Assembly (NCBI GenBank): GCA_030324005.1
Contig: JARDVH010000130.1
Location: forward strand, 19,197,512-19,261,511
Length of the DNA stretch: 64,000 nt
Direction of reading: 5' to 3'
Source: Negaprion brevirostris
Lineage: Eukaryota
The number at the start of each line of letters is the position of its first letter. The first letter of the stretch is position 1. Of the stretch, positions 14,236-27,172 are shown piece by piece. Under the pieces are notes generated by a model. That model searched no databases. It worked only from the letters and a program-made list of their open reading frames with translations, and was not told the origin of the DNA. The translations under genes were made by a program, and so were the position numbers.

Positions 14236-15276
14236 GTAAGTGTATTTTCTTAATATCTAAGAGGTTTATCTAAAAATAAGCACATTCAAGGAAAATGAAT
14301 TGTCCATGATTTTTAATTCTGAATCATATTCTTTCTGCACACCATCCTTATAGTTTTTTTAAGATTCAAAGCTAATTTTTTTTTTGTGCAGTACTGGCGA
14401 TGCCTGTTAGTGTCAGCTTGTGTTTAATTTCAGCTCCTAAATGGTGATTTGAAATTCTCTTTTTGTTTTAATTTAAATATAGGACAGTTGAAATTATCCA
14501 GACTGGCCACACTCATTATCAAACATAGCGATCCATCTGTAAGGTTAGGTCTGGGTCAGGGGGGAGCAGAAAGGGGAGTTGCAGAGGGGATGCATTCATA
14601 TTGGACTTTCAAACTAAGCCAACCTTCTGTGGAAAATGTTCTGTTCGAGCCAGACTTGACTCCAGAATATTTAAATTGCCGAGACAGACTGCTAACAGGA
14701 CTTGGGGACCAGTTTTTCTGAACCTTGCAAACCAACCTTGATTAAGGTAAATGAGCAATATGAAGTTAATCAGTGTACACTGTTAGGCTGTGTGGTTTTA
14801 GATGATTCAGCTCCAGCAGCACCTTTGTACGTGCGAGAGGATTTGCATTTGGCATGTTGTATCCTCACTTCACGCTCTATATATGACAACAGAAATACTG
14901 AGCAGAATCCTCCGGTCCCATCTGTGGCGGAAAATTTTGCCCACAATTTTTGATGTAGTTTTGTTTCAGTGGCTTGGTATCAAGTCGATTAAAAATGTTT
15001 GTTTTTTTTTACCTTGCTTACCCAGGTAACAAACATGCAAATCAGATATGACTCTATGGCACACAAATGCCCTCAGCTTGTCACTTAATTGGCAGCTTTG
15101 TCCTGTGAGTGCAACAGGGATCGTCCATGAATTAAAAAATTTCATACGAGGAGATATTTTTGAGGTTAACGTGTTATTCCTTCCTGCAAGGGCTTAATTG
15201 GGTGCCTGAAATGCAACATACACCATTTCTCAACAGTGACAGTCCAGAGTGATTATATTCTAGATTTCTTAGGACT

Positions 15277-15742
15277 GATTTGATTTATTATTGTCATATG
15301 TATTGAGATGAAGTGAACAGTATTGTTTCTTGCACGCTATACAGATAAAAAATACCATGCAGAATATAGTGTTGCAGTTACAGATAGGGTGAAGAAAAAG
15401 ATCAATTTAATGTATGGTAGGTCTATTCAAAAGTCTGATGGCAGCAGGGAAGAAGTTGTTCTCAAGTTGGCTGGTATTTGTTCTCAGTCTTTTGTATCTT
15501 TTTGCTGATGGAAGAAGGTGGAAAGGTGTGCGGGGTCCTTGCTTATGTTGGTTGATTTTCCGGGGTGGTATGAATTGTAGATGGAGCCATTGGATGTGAG
15601 GTTGGGTTGTGTGGTGGACTGGGCTATGTTCACAACCCTTGGTAATTTCTTGCGATCTTGGGCAGAGCAGGAGCCACACCAAGCTGTGATAGATCCAGAA
15701 AGGATGCTTTCTGTGGTGTATCTGTAAAAATATGTAAATTGG
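15277..15742 (-). mobile_element. Rex1/Babar-like LINE, 3' fragment
   Basis: FYRYTTESILSGSITAW and RYKRLRTNTSQLENNFFPAAIRLLN in minus-strand ORFs; (atcaa)n tail; homologous to 41280-42275. Confidence 0.85.
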
Positions 15743-16149
15743 TCAGGAAGAGAATTATCCATTTAAAATCGAAGTTGATCGACGCTTCACCCAGGTTTTA
15801 AACTTTACAGTGCAGGTGCCATTATTTTGTTGTTGGATTGTTCATGAAGAGCAAAGTTTTGAAATTTGGCTTTTAGAAAACTCAACATTGGGTAACTGCT
15901 TTCTTTCAAGATCTTAAACTTTTTGCATTGATTCTATCAGGTTTTTGACATTTGGACATCTGCAATTTGCCACATATGTTGAACAATTTTAATTTGATGA
16001 CTTATTCAAGGTACTGTCTGCATTTCCTTAAACAGCTGTCATATCCCTTTTCCATTGCAAACTGCTTTCCTGTTTCCAACCTCCTTTACTCATCAAACTT
16101 TATGAATATGCTATCACCACCAAAATCTATGCCCATCTTCCCTGAACTT

Positions 16150-17275
16150 CATCTTTGAATGCCTGTAATCTGGTTTCCATCTTGCTGACAAAGGTAGACT
16201 ATTCTCCTTCGTTCTTATCAACCTGTGATGAGATTGGGAACAGTATGCTCCTTGGTTGAGGCTGCTGATTCCATTGTATCCAATCATGTTTAATCTGCAA
16301 CGGCTTCTCTTTCCACTCGCACAACATTGCCTCTGACATGTCTCAAGAATTTATCCTTGATCCTTTCTTATCTCTCATCGATATGTTGCTCCACAATGGC
16401 AACATCTGAAAACACAACATTAGGTTTCACATGTACACTCATGATGCCCAGCTCTACCTCAGTCTCCTCTCCTCAAGTGCTCCACTTGTGCTTATCTGAC
16501 ATTCAGTATTGAATGAACAGAAATTTCTTCTCATGAAATGTAATTGTCTTCTATATTTTGTATCTGAGGACTTCATCTTCCTTCCTTCAGACTGTTTGCC
16601 ACCTTACTTTTATGATTGACCATGATGTGAGCTTCTTGACAAAATAACCACGCCATCAATAAGACCATCTACATCCACCTCCATGACCATATCCAACTTG
16701 TCCACTACCTAAATGCATTTACTTCCATGCCTTTGTTACCCCTCAACTTGACTACTTGGAGGCACTCTCAGCTGGCTTTTCATGTTCTATCTGCCCTAAG
16801 GTTGAGGTCTTCAAAATCACTCCTTGCACCGAGTCTTGTTTGCCAATGAAACCTGTACTTGCTGACCTACATTGGTATCTGTTTAAACAAAACTCTCACC
16901 CTTGCTTTCAAATTCCTCAATGACTTAAACCTCCCAGTCTCTAATTTCCTCCTTCCTCACAATCTCAGTGATGTCTGTATTCCTCTAATTCTGGCCACTT
17001 GGACATTCCCGGTTCCAATTTGCTCCACCATTGGTGGTTGTGCCTTCAGCTTTCATGGTCCTAAGGTCTGGAACTGCCTCCTTAAACCTCTGCAACGCTA
17101 TACACCTCTTGCTTTGAGATGCTCCTTGATACCTATCTCTTTGACCGAACATTTGGTATCCTGCCTTGATATTGCTCTAGTTGGCTCTGTTTCAAATATT
17201 GTGTTCTAATTTTCCTGTGAAGTACCTTGGAACATTTTATTACTTTGAAGGTTCTGTCTAATTATAAGTAGTTTC
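16150..17275 (+). mobile_element. Decayed L2 LINE (RT and 3' end)
   Basis: Remnant of PQGS.LGP.LF and FHMY(A)DD(T)QLYL near 16425-16460; GGCAFSFHGPKVWNCL; L2-type tail gtgaagtaccttggaacattttattact. Confidence 0.8.
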
Positions 17276-17455
17276 AGCATCACTGCTGTAACACAGCGAC
17301 ACTTGCTGCTGCACATTTCTGCCAGTATAGCTTTCATAAATTCAAGTTGCACATCTTTATAGCCATCTCTACAACAGTGCAATTCAGATGGTCTCAGACT
17401 CGGGTCACAGATAACACTGTCAAATAAAAGCAAAATACTGTGGACGCTGGAGATC

Positions 17456-17735
17456 ATAAAATCCTACAGTGCAGAAGGAGGCCATTCAGCCCATCGGGTC
17501 TGCACCAACCACAATCGCCCTATTCCCACAATGCCACGCATTTACTCCCGACACTAAGAGGCAGTTTAGCATAACCAATCCACACATCTCTGGACTATGG
17601 GAGGAAACCAGAGCACCCAGAGAAAACCCATGCAGACACAGAGAGAATGTGCAAACTCCACACAGACCATGACCCAAGCCAGGAGTCGAACCTGGGTCCC
17701 TGGTCCTGTGAGGCAGCAGTGCCACCATGCTGCCT
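17456..17735 (-). mobile_element. HE1/V-SINE-like SINE with CR1-type tail, inserted into a Penelope terminal-repeat fragment (17420-17820)
   Basis: Head gcagcatggtggcactgctgcctcacagg...ccaggttcgactcc on the - strand. The flanks aaagcaaaatactgtggacgctggag and aaaccaagtgctggaaaactccacaggcctggcagcatttgtggagaga join into a Penelope-like terminal sequence. Confidence 0.75.
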
Positions 17736-18639
17736 GCAAGACCTAAAATTAAAACCAAGTGCTGGAAAACTCCACAGGCCTGGCAGCATTTGTGGAGAGA
17801 GAAACGGAATTAACATTTTGATACGCCTCTTCTTTGAAGTGCAATGTAGTGGTAGTATTCTTAACTTCCTTTATCATTAACAACAAATTAGGATCACTTA
17901 TCCACCACTTTGTTAAATTTTTAATATTAAAGATTGCTGTAACTCTGGGTAATATTAAGGGAAATCACTTTGAACCATCAGGCAAGGCTAATCAATGTAA
18001 ATTGGCGTGAATTTTCAGTGAATTAGCAAGCCATGGATTGTGTAGAATTCTCATTTGATCAGGTAGCAATTCTTTCCAATCCCATGGCAGAAGTAAGTTT
18101 CATGTCTTGGCAATCCTATCCTTTTTCCCATTTGATTTATTCTGCTTTTTATCCCCTGGACATTTTAGCCGTCTGGTATCGAGTTGTGTCTTAATAAAAC
18201 AGGCAAGATAAACAATATATGAATGTGCGTATTTGTTTTGCCTCACTATTTCTATGATCGCAAGTCCCACTACCCAACAGATAGGTTTTCATTTAATCTG
18301 TGTGGAACTGTAAAACCTGAAATAAAATGTTAGTTGGTGACCTGGGGGGTTGGGTGGGAGTTGAGGTCTGCTGGGATTCTGTTTTAGAGAGTCCTTGAAG
18401 TTTGTTTAGACGTTTACGAGTTCGGTTTTTAGGCTTCATTATCTGAAACAGATTATGTTGCTGAATCCAGAAACATAATGTTGAATGGAGTAATGAGAAT
18501 CAAATTAAAAAGCTCTCCAAGTATCCAAATGGAAAATCTGTATGTTGTTTGAAGTAGCTGATAGTATTGATGTAACACAAGGATTTCAGAGGTTCTCCAA
18601 CATTTCTTGTGATGTGCAATGTTGTTTTTTGACCTTTTC

Positions 18640-19390
18640 GACCTGTCGTGTCTGTGCAGACTGCAAGCACAGCTCATCTAGTCCAATTCCCTTGCCATTT
18701 TCCCATACCCGTGAACAGTCGTAATTACCCAATTTCCATTTGAAAGCCATGATTGAATCTGCCTCCACCTAACTCTCAGGTTGTGCATTTCAGATCCTGA
18801 CCAGTAGATATACCAAACAGTGGTTTTTCCATGTGATACCTTTGCCAGTCATCTTAAATATGTATTCTATGGTTCTTAACTCCCCTGTCCATGGTCACGG
18901 TTCTTCGCTGTCTACTATGTTTAGACTCCTCATAATTTTGAACACCTCTGTCAAATCTGCTTTCAATCTTCTCTAAGAAGAACAAGCCTAGCTTCTCCAG
19001 TCAGTTCAAAGAAATGAACCCTTCATCTCTGGAATCAGTCTCGCCATTCCTTTCTGGATCTTTTCCGAACCTTTCTCATTCTTCCTGAAGTGCAGTGGCT
19101 GTAATTGGACAGAACACTCAAGTGGAAGCTGAGCCAGTGTTTCATTCAGGCCAATCAACTAACTTTGCTGCTTTTGCGCTGTGTACATCTGCTGATAAAA
19201 CCCTGGATCCCCATGTGCCTTTTGACCACTTTATCATCCTGCCCTGCTGTTTCTAATTATTTATGCACGTGTACCTCCCAGATCTTTCTGCTCCAGCACT
19301 CACTGTAGAATTTTAGACTTTATTGTCTCTCCTCATTCTTCTTGCCAAAAATCTTCACTTTTCTCTGCATTAGCTTCATTTGCCATGGTC
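18640..19390 (-). mobile_element. CR1 LINE 3' fragment
   Basis: Minus-strand EADSIMAFKWKL and an upstream ORF2 C-terminal remnant. Confidence 0.75.
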
Positions 19391-21507
19391 ACCCAATTGT
19401 TCTGCAATTTTCACACCTACATTTTTCGGTTCTGATGAAAGCTTATCCCTGAAGTATTATTCTCTCCAGACATTCTTTTGTGTGCAGTCCAGCATTTTGT
19501 TTCATTTCAGATTTCCATTACTTTCAATTTGTTTTTTTCATAAATGTTGGATAGCTTTCTCTGGTGCTTTTGTCCTTGCACTTTGTCCATTCCCAGTAAC
19601 CTACTAGTCTTTCTCATTGCCGCAATGACTGAGGAAGGTTAGGAGGCATGGGTATGCAGGAGTGCATGTACTCAGCTTTTCTATTTGGATTCAGTTGTAA
19701 AGTCTAGAGTTAAACCAACTGCTAATTAAATTGCATTTGAGTGAAAGTATTTTTGTAAACAGATAACTTCATCAGGGGCTAATTTTGAAATCATATTTGA
19801 ACTAATGAGGTAAACATTATTGAGCTTTCCTGTAACAGTATATATAATTTGTGCAATATATATTTTATATCTATTATATATATCCTGATGAATGAGCAAG
19901 TTTTTCTAAGCTTTGCACATTTTTTGCTGCCGTTCAATCACTGAATGGGTTGCAGTGCTGTTTAGGACATGGTATTTGATTTTTAAAATATATCGGGAGC
20001 AAATGCAGATACAAAAGCCTACCCAGATGCCATTGAAAGGCACCTTCAAGATGTGGATGTGAAAACATCTTGCATTTGAAGAGCATACTAGATGAATGCT
20101 CCATGTGCAGCGCCTTTCAAAGTTTCCTGCCTGCTTCATTTGAATGATGAATTCCACTAATATAATCATGATGTATTGCAGTTTATGTAGGTGCAGCTGT
20201 GAATTTCGATGCAGTAATTAAGAAGCACCTTTTTAACTTTGGTGTTTGAGAGCTGTGATAAAGGAAGACAGGTGGGTCTCGGGTGTCATCTGTCAAAGTT
20301 GGAATCTGCCTTTATCAAAGGAAGCGACAGTGTGCTGATAAATAATCATGTCAGATCCTAATTGGTAAAAGGACTAGGGGAGTTTTTAATTTTTTCCAAA
20401 CTCTCAATTGAACGAGGCAATTCAGAAGCCACATTAAAAGTTTGATAGGGCACTTTCACCTTCATTCATTATCTCATATGCAGTTGTCAGCTGTACTTTA
20501 AAATTTTGAACTTGATTCCCATTGATGGAAATTGGAACATTTATTCAAAAATTTCAGAATTGGAATACTTAATCACAAATAATTACTTCAGGGTAACTGG
20601 TAAGCCTGTTAGCTCTACACTTAACATAACTGATGATATTTCTTCTGAAATGCGCATACTTTCTTTGCTGCAATTTGGATAATTGGATGCCATATCATTT
20701 TTGCTTCGCATTTTGAAAACAAGAAGGATCCTGATAAATCTGCCCCATACTGATGTTTACTATTGAGTGCCTGAATGAGCATTTGAACAATTTTGTGTTA
20801 ATGGACAAATTGAACCCCTCTTATCGTTAAATGCACAATATTTTGTGGCATTTGGTCATTGAGTTCAATTGGTGTTTCAGTTTCAATCCTTGATTTGTGC
20901 CATGTTGATAAACTGCTGGGAAAGTTAACCTGAGTGCAGCTGGAAGGGGAAAATGAAACGGTCATCTTCGGTGGATACTTATCTGGCCATCTGACGAACT
21001 CTGCTAGAAATTGTAATTGTAATTGTAGCTGATAGCGTACATGGACAGAATTTCACTTGTACTTGTGCGTGCATGAAGCTGAGAAACGCAAGTGCCTGCC
21101 AACAGGAGAGAAGCCAGCTCAGAATTTAAGGACACTTGAAATAGATTACAAAAATCATGTTTATTGGATCTTTCTTTGTGCACATTTGACTGAATCTGCT
21201 GGCTGCTGATGCGAATAATTACCTGCTGCAGAAAGTTTTGGTGTCTGATGGAATGCTTGTTTTTTTTTCTGGAATTCTATGTCAGTGGAGAAGGAAGTTA
21301 TCTACGGCTCTTCAAAATTCAGTGGTAGTAAAATGCAAATGGCTATTTAAATTGGCCTGTGGGTGTGTCAGCAATATATGAATATGCAATTACTGTGCTT
21401 CAGACAAGACTTCAGATTAAAATGATTTTAAAAAATCCAGAACTAGATGTGCTCGGAAGACTGATGTGAAGTTAATTATTTCATTTTAAATTGAGAAGCT
21501 AAGATGA

Positions 21508-21675
21508 ATGCCCAAGATGTGCAGGTTAGGTTGATTGGCCATGCTAAATTGCCCCTTAGTGTCAGAGATATTAGCTGGGTAAATATGTGGGGTTACGGAG
21601 ATACAGCCTGGTTGGGATTGTTGTCAGCACAGGCTTGATGGGCCCAATGGACTCCTGCATTATAGGGATTCTATG
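21508..21675 (+). mobile_element. HE1-like SINE, 3' half
   Basis: ccaagatgtgcaggttaggttgattggccatgctaaattgccccttagtgtc...gggattctatg. Confidence 0.75.
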
Positions 21676-23032
21676 AATCATCAAGGAACATATTACAAGG
21701 CACCACCAAAAGAAACAAATCACAAAAGAAAATAAGGTAAGTCAGAAGTGTTGCTTAATTAAGATCAGGGTTGGACTTTAAATGCCTCAAAATTTTAGGA
21801 GAAGCCAAAGATTGAGAGTGATAAGAAATTACACAAATTTAAGTTCTTGGAGAAGTATCTTGAGGATAGTTATTGAAAATTAATTCCAAATAGTGGAATT
21901 CTGGAGAAGTGAGTTATGTCAGATAATGAGTTTAAATGGAGCAAAAGGACAGTTCAGAGAAATATTGATCATAGTATTGATGGAGTAGTAAAAAAAACAC
22001 ATTGTGCCAGAGTGAAAAAATTGAAAGTTTGAGTAAGGAAGAGATCTGCTGAGATAACAGGTTTTTTCTTGTGACCTCCCAAGAAATGCAAGAGGGTCAT
22101 TATGACCTCGATATTTGGCAGCAAAATTCAAACCTGAGTTAGGTTAAGGTACTGTAGAGATATAACAATTTTGCAGAGGCGAATATGCTTTTACAGAGCA
22201 GCAAAAATAGCTTGAATGCAGGGGAACAAAGTCTAAAAGGCAATTTTGGTAATGGAAAAGATGAGCTTCGGTTCCATCTTCCTTTTTGTCGTGGGCCCGG
22301 AGGCCAGACTGGATAAGGATGACAGGTTTCCTTCCCAAGTGAAGCAGATTGTTTTATAATGACAATCCTGTAATTTCATGATCACATGGTGCTGCAACAC
22401 AAAGGCTATTTGTCAAAGGGCTTCACTTCAGTAAGGTTTCTTTAATTTTCATGGTTGGCATCATGTTTGAATCTAAGACACCAGATTGAAAAAAATCAAC
22501 ATGCATATTGCTATTCATTTTTAGATTGATGTTACCTGTGATATATAAAAGCTAGAACTTGATAAAGGTGGCAAAAATGGATTTAACATTCCGAATTGGT
22601 TAATCATCTCTAGAAGCAATAATATGTTAACCGACTGGGAGTGGAAACTAATCACACAACCCCAGTGTTTAAGACACTGGGGGGGGAAAAAACTTTGCAT
22701 TTCTGCAGAAAGGTTTTGCAAGATCTTGAACCAAATTTTGTGCAGAATATATTCTACCTCATCAACAAGAAGAGTTTGCGTTTGTATATTGGTCTGAATT
22801 TTACATTTAGCAGTAATTGAATGGCTGATTCTATTCATTACGCTTACAATGGCTCTCAGACTTTTGAGCGACAACTGAAAGCCATTCAGTGTCTGGAGCT
22901 GCACACCACCCACGCCAGACTATTTGGGATTTACGAGAACAGGGCAAGCAACGGTGTGTCACCTCAACCAACCCAACTGAAGAATCCCCATGCAGACATG
23001 CAGTGAGTGTTGTATGTACGCTAGANNNNNNN

Positions 23033-23181
23033 TCAGACACGACTTCCCCTTAACGAAACCGTGCTGCGTCTGCTCTATCAAGCAATTCCCCTCAAGATGC
23101 CTCGCTATTCCCTCCTTGATGACGGATTCTAACCTTTTACCTACAACAGACGTTAAACTAACCGGCCTATAATTCCCTGAC
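23033..23181 (-). mobile_element. Young CR1 RT fragment next to a gap
   Basis: Reverse complement encodes GNYRPVSLTSVVGKRLESVIKEGIARHLEGNCLIEQTQHGFVKGKSCL; CpG retained. Confidence 0.85.
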
Positions 23182-23419
23182 CAATGAGGTTGCTTGGAAG
23201 AAATTAAGTCTTAATACACCATTAAAAAAATCACTTTGAATTGAATGGACAAGCTCTTTTATTTCCTGGTAAGTTTAGTGAATAACCAATGAGAAAGTAC
23301 AGTAACTTTACATCCTTAAATTGATTTCAGTGCTTGCTCCAGGGCATAGTACCAGTAAAGCATGACTTGTGCAGGAACACACAAATTGGACAGCAACATC
23401 TGGTTTCTATGTTTTAGAA

Positions 23420-24110
23420 TAACTTATTTTTATATAGTGCCTTTAACATCATGAAACCCAAGGGGTTTCACATAGGATTATTAAACAAAGCATCACACTG
23501 TGAGCTATATGAGGAGATGTTCGATCAGATAACCAAGAGCTTGCATATCTTTTCCTGGATATGATTTGATAGCTAAGAGTGGAGCCCGGTGAGAGCTCTC
23601 CCAAAAGTTAGATGGTGATGGAGAGGTGTTTGAGGAGAGATGGTGAGGTCAAACATGTTTTAAAGTTATGGACAGGTCGAGAAGGATGAGAAGGGAAAAT
23701 TTACTGATAGCATGCAATTTGTGACTTGGATAAGAAGAGTTTCTATATTGTGGCAAGGTCCGAATCCTCATTGGAGAGATTCAAACATGAAATTCTGGGT
23801 AACGTGGGAGCAAACTTGGGAAGTGACAACATGTTTAAGGACTTTGAGAGGAAAGGGAGATGGAGATGTGATATTAGTTTGCCAGGAGGATGCGTTTTTC
23901 TCTTTGAGGATTGTGGTGATGATGGCAGTTTTGAAGAAATGAGGGAAACAGCTGAAGAGAGAGAATCATTTACAGTGTTGAGCCAGGAAGGGAAGTTAGG
24001 GGGTCAGCAGTTCAGTGGGAATAGAACTGAGCAAACATGAGGGGTCTCATTTACAAGATGAGCTCAGAGAGTACTTGATGGGAGGTAGGACAGAAATTAG
24101 AATATTGTGA
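23420..24110 (-). mobile_element. Decayed L2 LINE
   Basis: L2-type tail (ttatatagtgcctttaacatc) followed by decayed ORF2 in minus orientation. Confidence 0.6.
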
Positions 24111-25655
24111 TTTCAGGACAGTGGCAGAAGAGAGTATAACGGAGATTTGGTTTGGTGGACTCCGAGAAAGGAGGGATGTGGCAGAGGCAGCTGCTCAGAC
24201 TGTTTTGATTTTTGGACAAAGAAGTCCTTGAGTTCTTTAATGGTACTGATGGAGGAGACAGAGAAAGGAGTTGAACAAGATGGTTTGCAGTGGAGGAAAG
24301 AAGATGGAGGTTATCTTTGCATTCCAAGATGATTCTGGAATAGTGAAGCTTTTTGGCAGGGAAGAGCAGGACCCTGATACTGTTTTGAGGAAGCATGATG
24401 AATTGCTGCAGTGCATCACACACTGCTGCCACCATGTGTCAGTGGTTGAGAATGAAGACTATGGTTGATGGATGGGATGCCAATCAGATGAGCTGTTTTG
24501 GCTTGGATGGTGTTGAGTTTGAGTGATGTTGGAACTACAATGTAAAGTTGCTTTACATTGTAATAACCTCTATGATCTGACCAAGGCTAGGAGCCTCAAC
24601 ATTATTCTTAACACAATACCTTGGCTGTTGTCTTTCATATAAAGAAACATCCCAAGATGTAATGAAATGTCGCAAAGAGAGCGATTAGGAATCTGTGAAC
24701 TGTGGTTGACAATCTGGCCATTAAATAAGCCTTTGAAGATGGGGTGACAAATGGTGTAGCAGAAAGTTTCAGTGGAAAATTTGAATGAGGCAACTCCTGG
24801 TTTACAAGAATCAGTGAAGGCAAGGTATGTGCACAATATTGGATTTGGAGGAACCAAGTTTTTGAGGGGAAGGTTAGGCTGGAGAAGGTGGCATTAATTA
24901 GTTAGACCTTCCATTAGGAGAACAAGGGACGTTTGTTGACGATTGTTTTTACCTCTTTGCCTATGGGCGCTCATTGCTTCAATATTTGAAGTTGTGAAAG
25001 GCCTTTATGTTGCTTGGGCTGATGAGTGACTTTTGTGTCACATCAGTTCTAGACAATGACCACCTCGAACAAAATGGCTATCTCCCTTTGGCAGTCAGTG
25101 GTATAATCAACACTGAATCTACTCCCCCTTCCCCCCCACTGCCAGTGATGCCCACGTCCCTTGACAGAATTAAAACAAAACATAGGGCAAGGTCTTGGAG
25201 GGACTTAGAGATAAATTTGATGTTTTGAAGGAAGGGAGCTCATGTTGATCAACGATGGGTGGGTGGCGTTAGGGCTTTGATGGGGGAGCTAACTTGTCTG
25301 CAAGCAGAAAGATAGTAATGGGACTCAACAAAGACAGTTACCTGCAGCAATGTCACAGAATGGAGAAATATTTTGAATCCACAACAGTTAATGTGCAAGC
25401 TACCATTCTCCCTGTTTTGGGCAGGAGGCTGGAGAATACAAAGGACTGTTCTTTTGAAACTGAGCCAGTCTGTTTTGTTTTAAGGGGATCTTGTGAACTG
25501 TTAAGGTTAGAATGTCTTGATCTGTTGGTTCTCCTTTCATGCTTTCCAAATGTTCATACATTTGGAGCAAATAAATTTCTTGAACCTCAAAACAGTTAGA
25601 TTGTGCAACCTGAAGTTCAGTTGATGTAAATGCACTTGTTCTGTTTTATTTCCAG

Positions 25656-25784
25656 GGTTACTTACCTGCCAATGCTGAAAGAAGAGAAAGCACACTACAG
25701 CGGAAACGAGCAGAGTACTTTGCTTTTATCGAACAATACTATGACTCGAGAAATGATGAACATCATCAAGACACATACAGACAG
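25656..25784 (+). CDS. TBC1D22A: TBC1D22 coding exon (129 nt, phase 0-0): GYLPANAERRESTLQRKRAEYFAFIEQYYDSRNDEHHQDTYRQ
   Basis: Acceptor ttttatttccag|GGT, donor CAG|gtattt. In frame with the preceding exon. Confidence 0.96.
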
Positions 25785-27081
25785 GTATTTGGACTGAAAT
25801 CTTTCCTGTACTGGCTTTGTTGCATCTCTTCCTATTGAAATATGCACCTTGCGTGTGAAGTTGAAGTCTCCACTTTTTTCATCATAAGGCTTCTGAAGTT
25901 ATAAGTTCTTGCTGTAGCAGATGAATGTGCGAACTCATCAACAGCTTGCAATTATGCAATGCCTTCAACATAGGTAACATTGGTAAATTGGGAGCCAGTA
26001 CTTGTCAGTGAGCCCAGCGATGATGGGTGAACAAGACTTGGTACAGGTTTGGATATAAGCAGCTGTGTTTCGGGTGAGCTCAGGATGATGCACTGGGACG
26101 CCAGCTAGGATGCTATAAATAGACAGTCTTTGCGATTGAAGGGTATGGATTTGAAAGCTCAAGGCTAAGATTGTGAACAGTTTGCAGCAACCTGAGCTCT
26201 ATTTTCATCCCTTCTGAGGTCCCATTCCCAACTTGGTAAAGTTGCCATTGTGTTTCCACTTGGTACTGATTTAAGGTGTTTCGGGTGTACGTTGATTGAA
26301 AAAACAACCACATAACTCTATGGCTATGGCACAGTCTGACTTTGGAATGAATTAAACCGAACGTGGAGGGATGCCTTCCAACTTTTCCTGTACCACTTGA
26401 GTTTTAGATCGTGCAGAATGTGGCTCAAGTTTCTGATGCAAACTAATGCTTGGTATAGTATCAATATGCCAGGCAAACACTTAGTAAGATACACACAACA
26501 GGCATGACAATGGGGTACGTTACGTGATTGCAAAAATGGTATTCAAGTGAACATTTAAATTGTTTTGAACTATCAAATCACTGGCAATTCAATGGGCCCA
26601 TCATTAAATTCAGAATGTTATCATCTCTCAATCAGAATGTACTTACTCAGAATTTTAAATTTAAAATGGAGCTCCATTATTAGGACAAAGATGATGCATT
26701 TCTTGGTACTGGGCTTAACACTTCATTTTAACTGAAGGCAAACTGTAATCCATTTTCTTTATCTTCTGAAATATTATGAAGAGGAAAAGTAACTGCATTA
26801 TTTTAAAAGGCTGCATTAAATTGAGAAAAACAATTTGCCCAGAATGCCCTGCAGGGCACAATTTGAAAGAAGATGCCGTTTCTCTCTCTGTCTTACAGTG
26901 GCAAACTTCAGCCAAAAAAAATTACAGAAATTTAAATATTTGCCTCATTTAATAGAGGAAGGACTTAGACTGTAAACTGGTGTTTAAAAGCATTGGTTTG
27001 TTATGGTTTTTGGGGTCAGAAAATGGAAAAATGTTTTAGACAACTTTTTCCTGAAACTTCATTGTTTTTCTAAACCATCAG

Positions 27082-27144
27082 ATTGCCATAGATATACCTC
27101 GTATGACTCCTGAGAGTTTAATACTGCAACCAAAAGTAAAAGAG
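27082..27144 (+). CDS. TBC1D22A: Alternative arginine-finger exon 'a' (63 nt, phase 0-0): IAIDIPRMTPESLILQPKVKE, TBC1D22A-type
   Basis: Acceptor tttttctaaaccatcag|ATT, donor GAG|gtaaga. Contains IxxDxxR and resembles recalled human TBC1D22A IHIDIPRMSPEALILQPKVTE. Confidence 0.9.
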
Positions 27145-27172
27145 GTAAGAGCTTTGGGAATGAAGTAAAATA

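Noticed and set aside
19837-19888. AT-rich imperfect palindrome
   Set aside because: (TA)n low-complexity sequence with no miRNA-like features.
27016-27054. Hairpin ggaaaaa/tttttcc near the exon-a branch region
   Set aside because: Only 7 bp of low-complexity A/T pairing, which is expected by chance.
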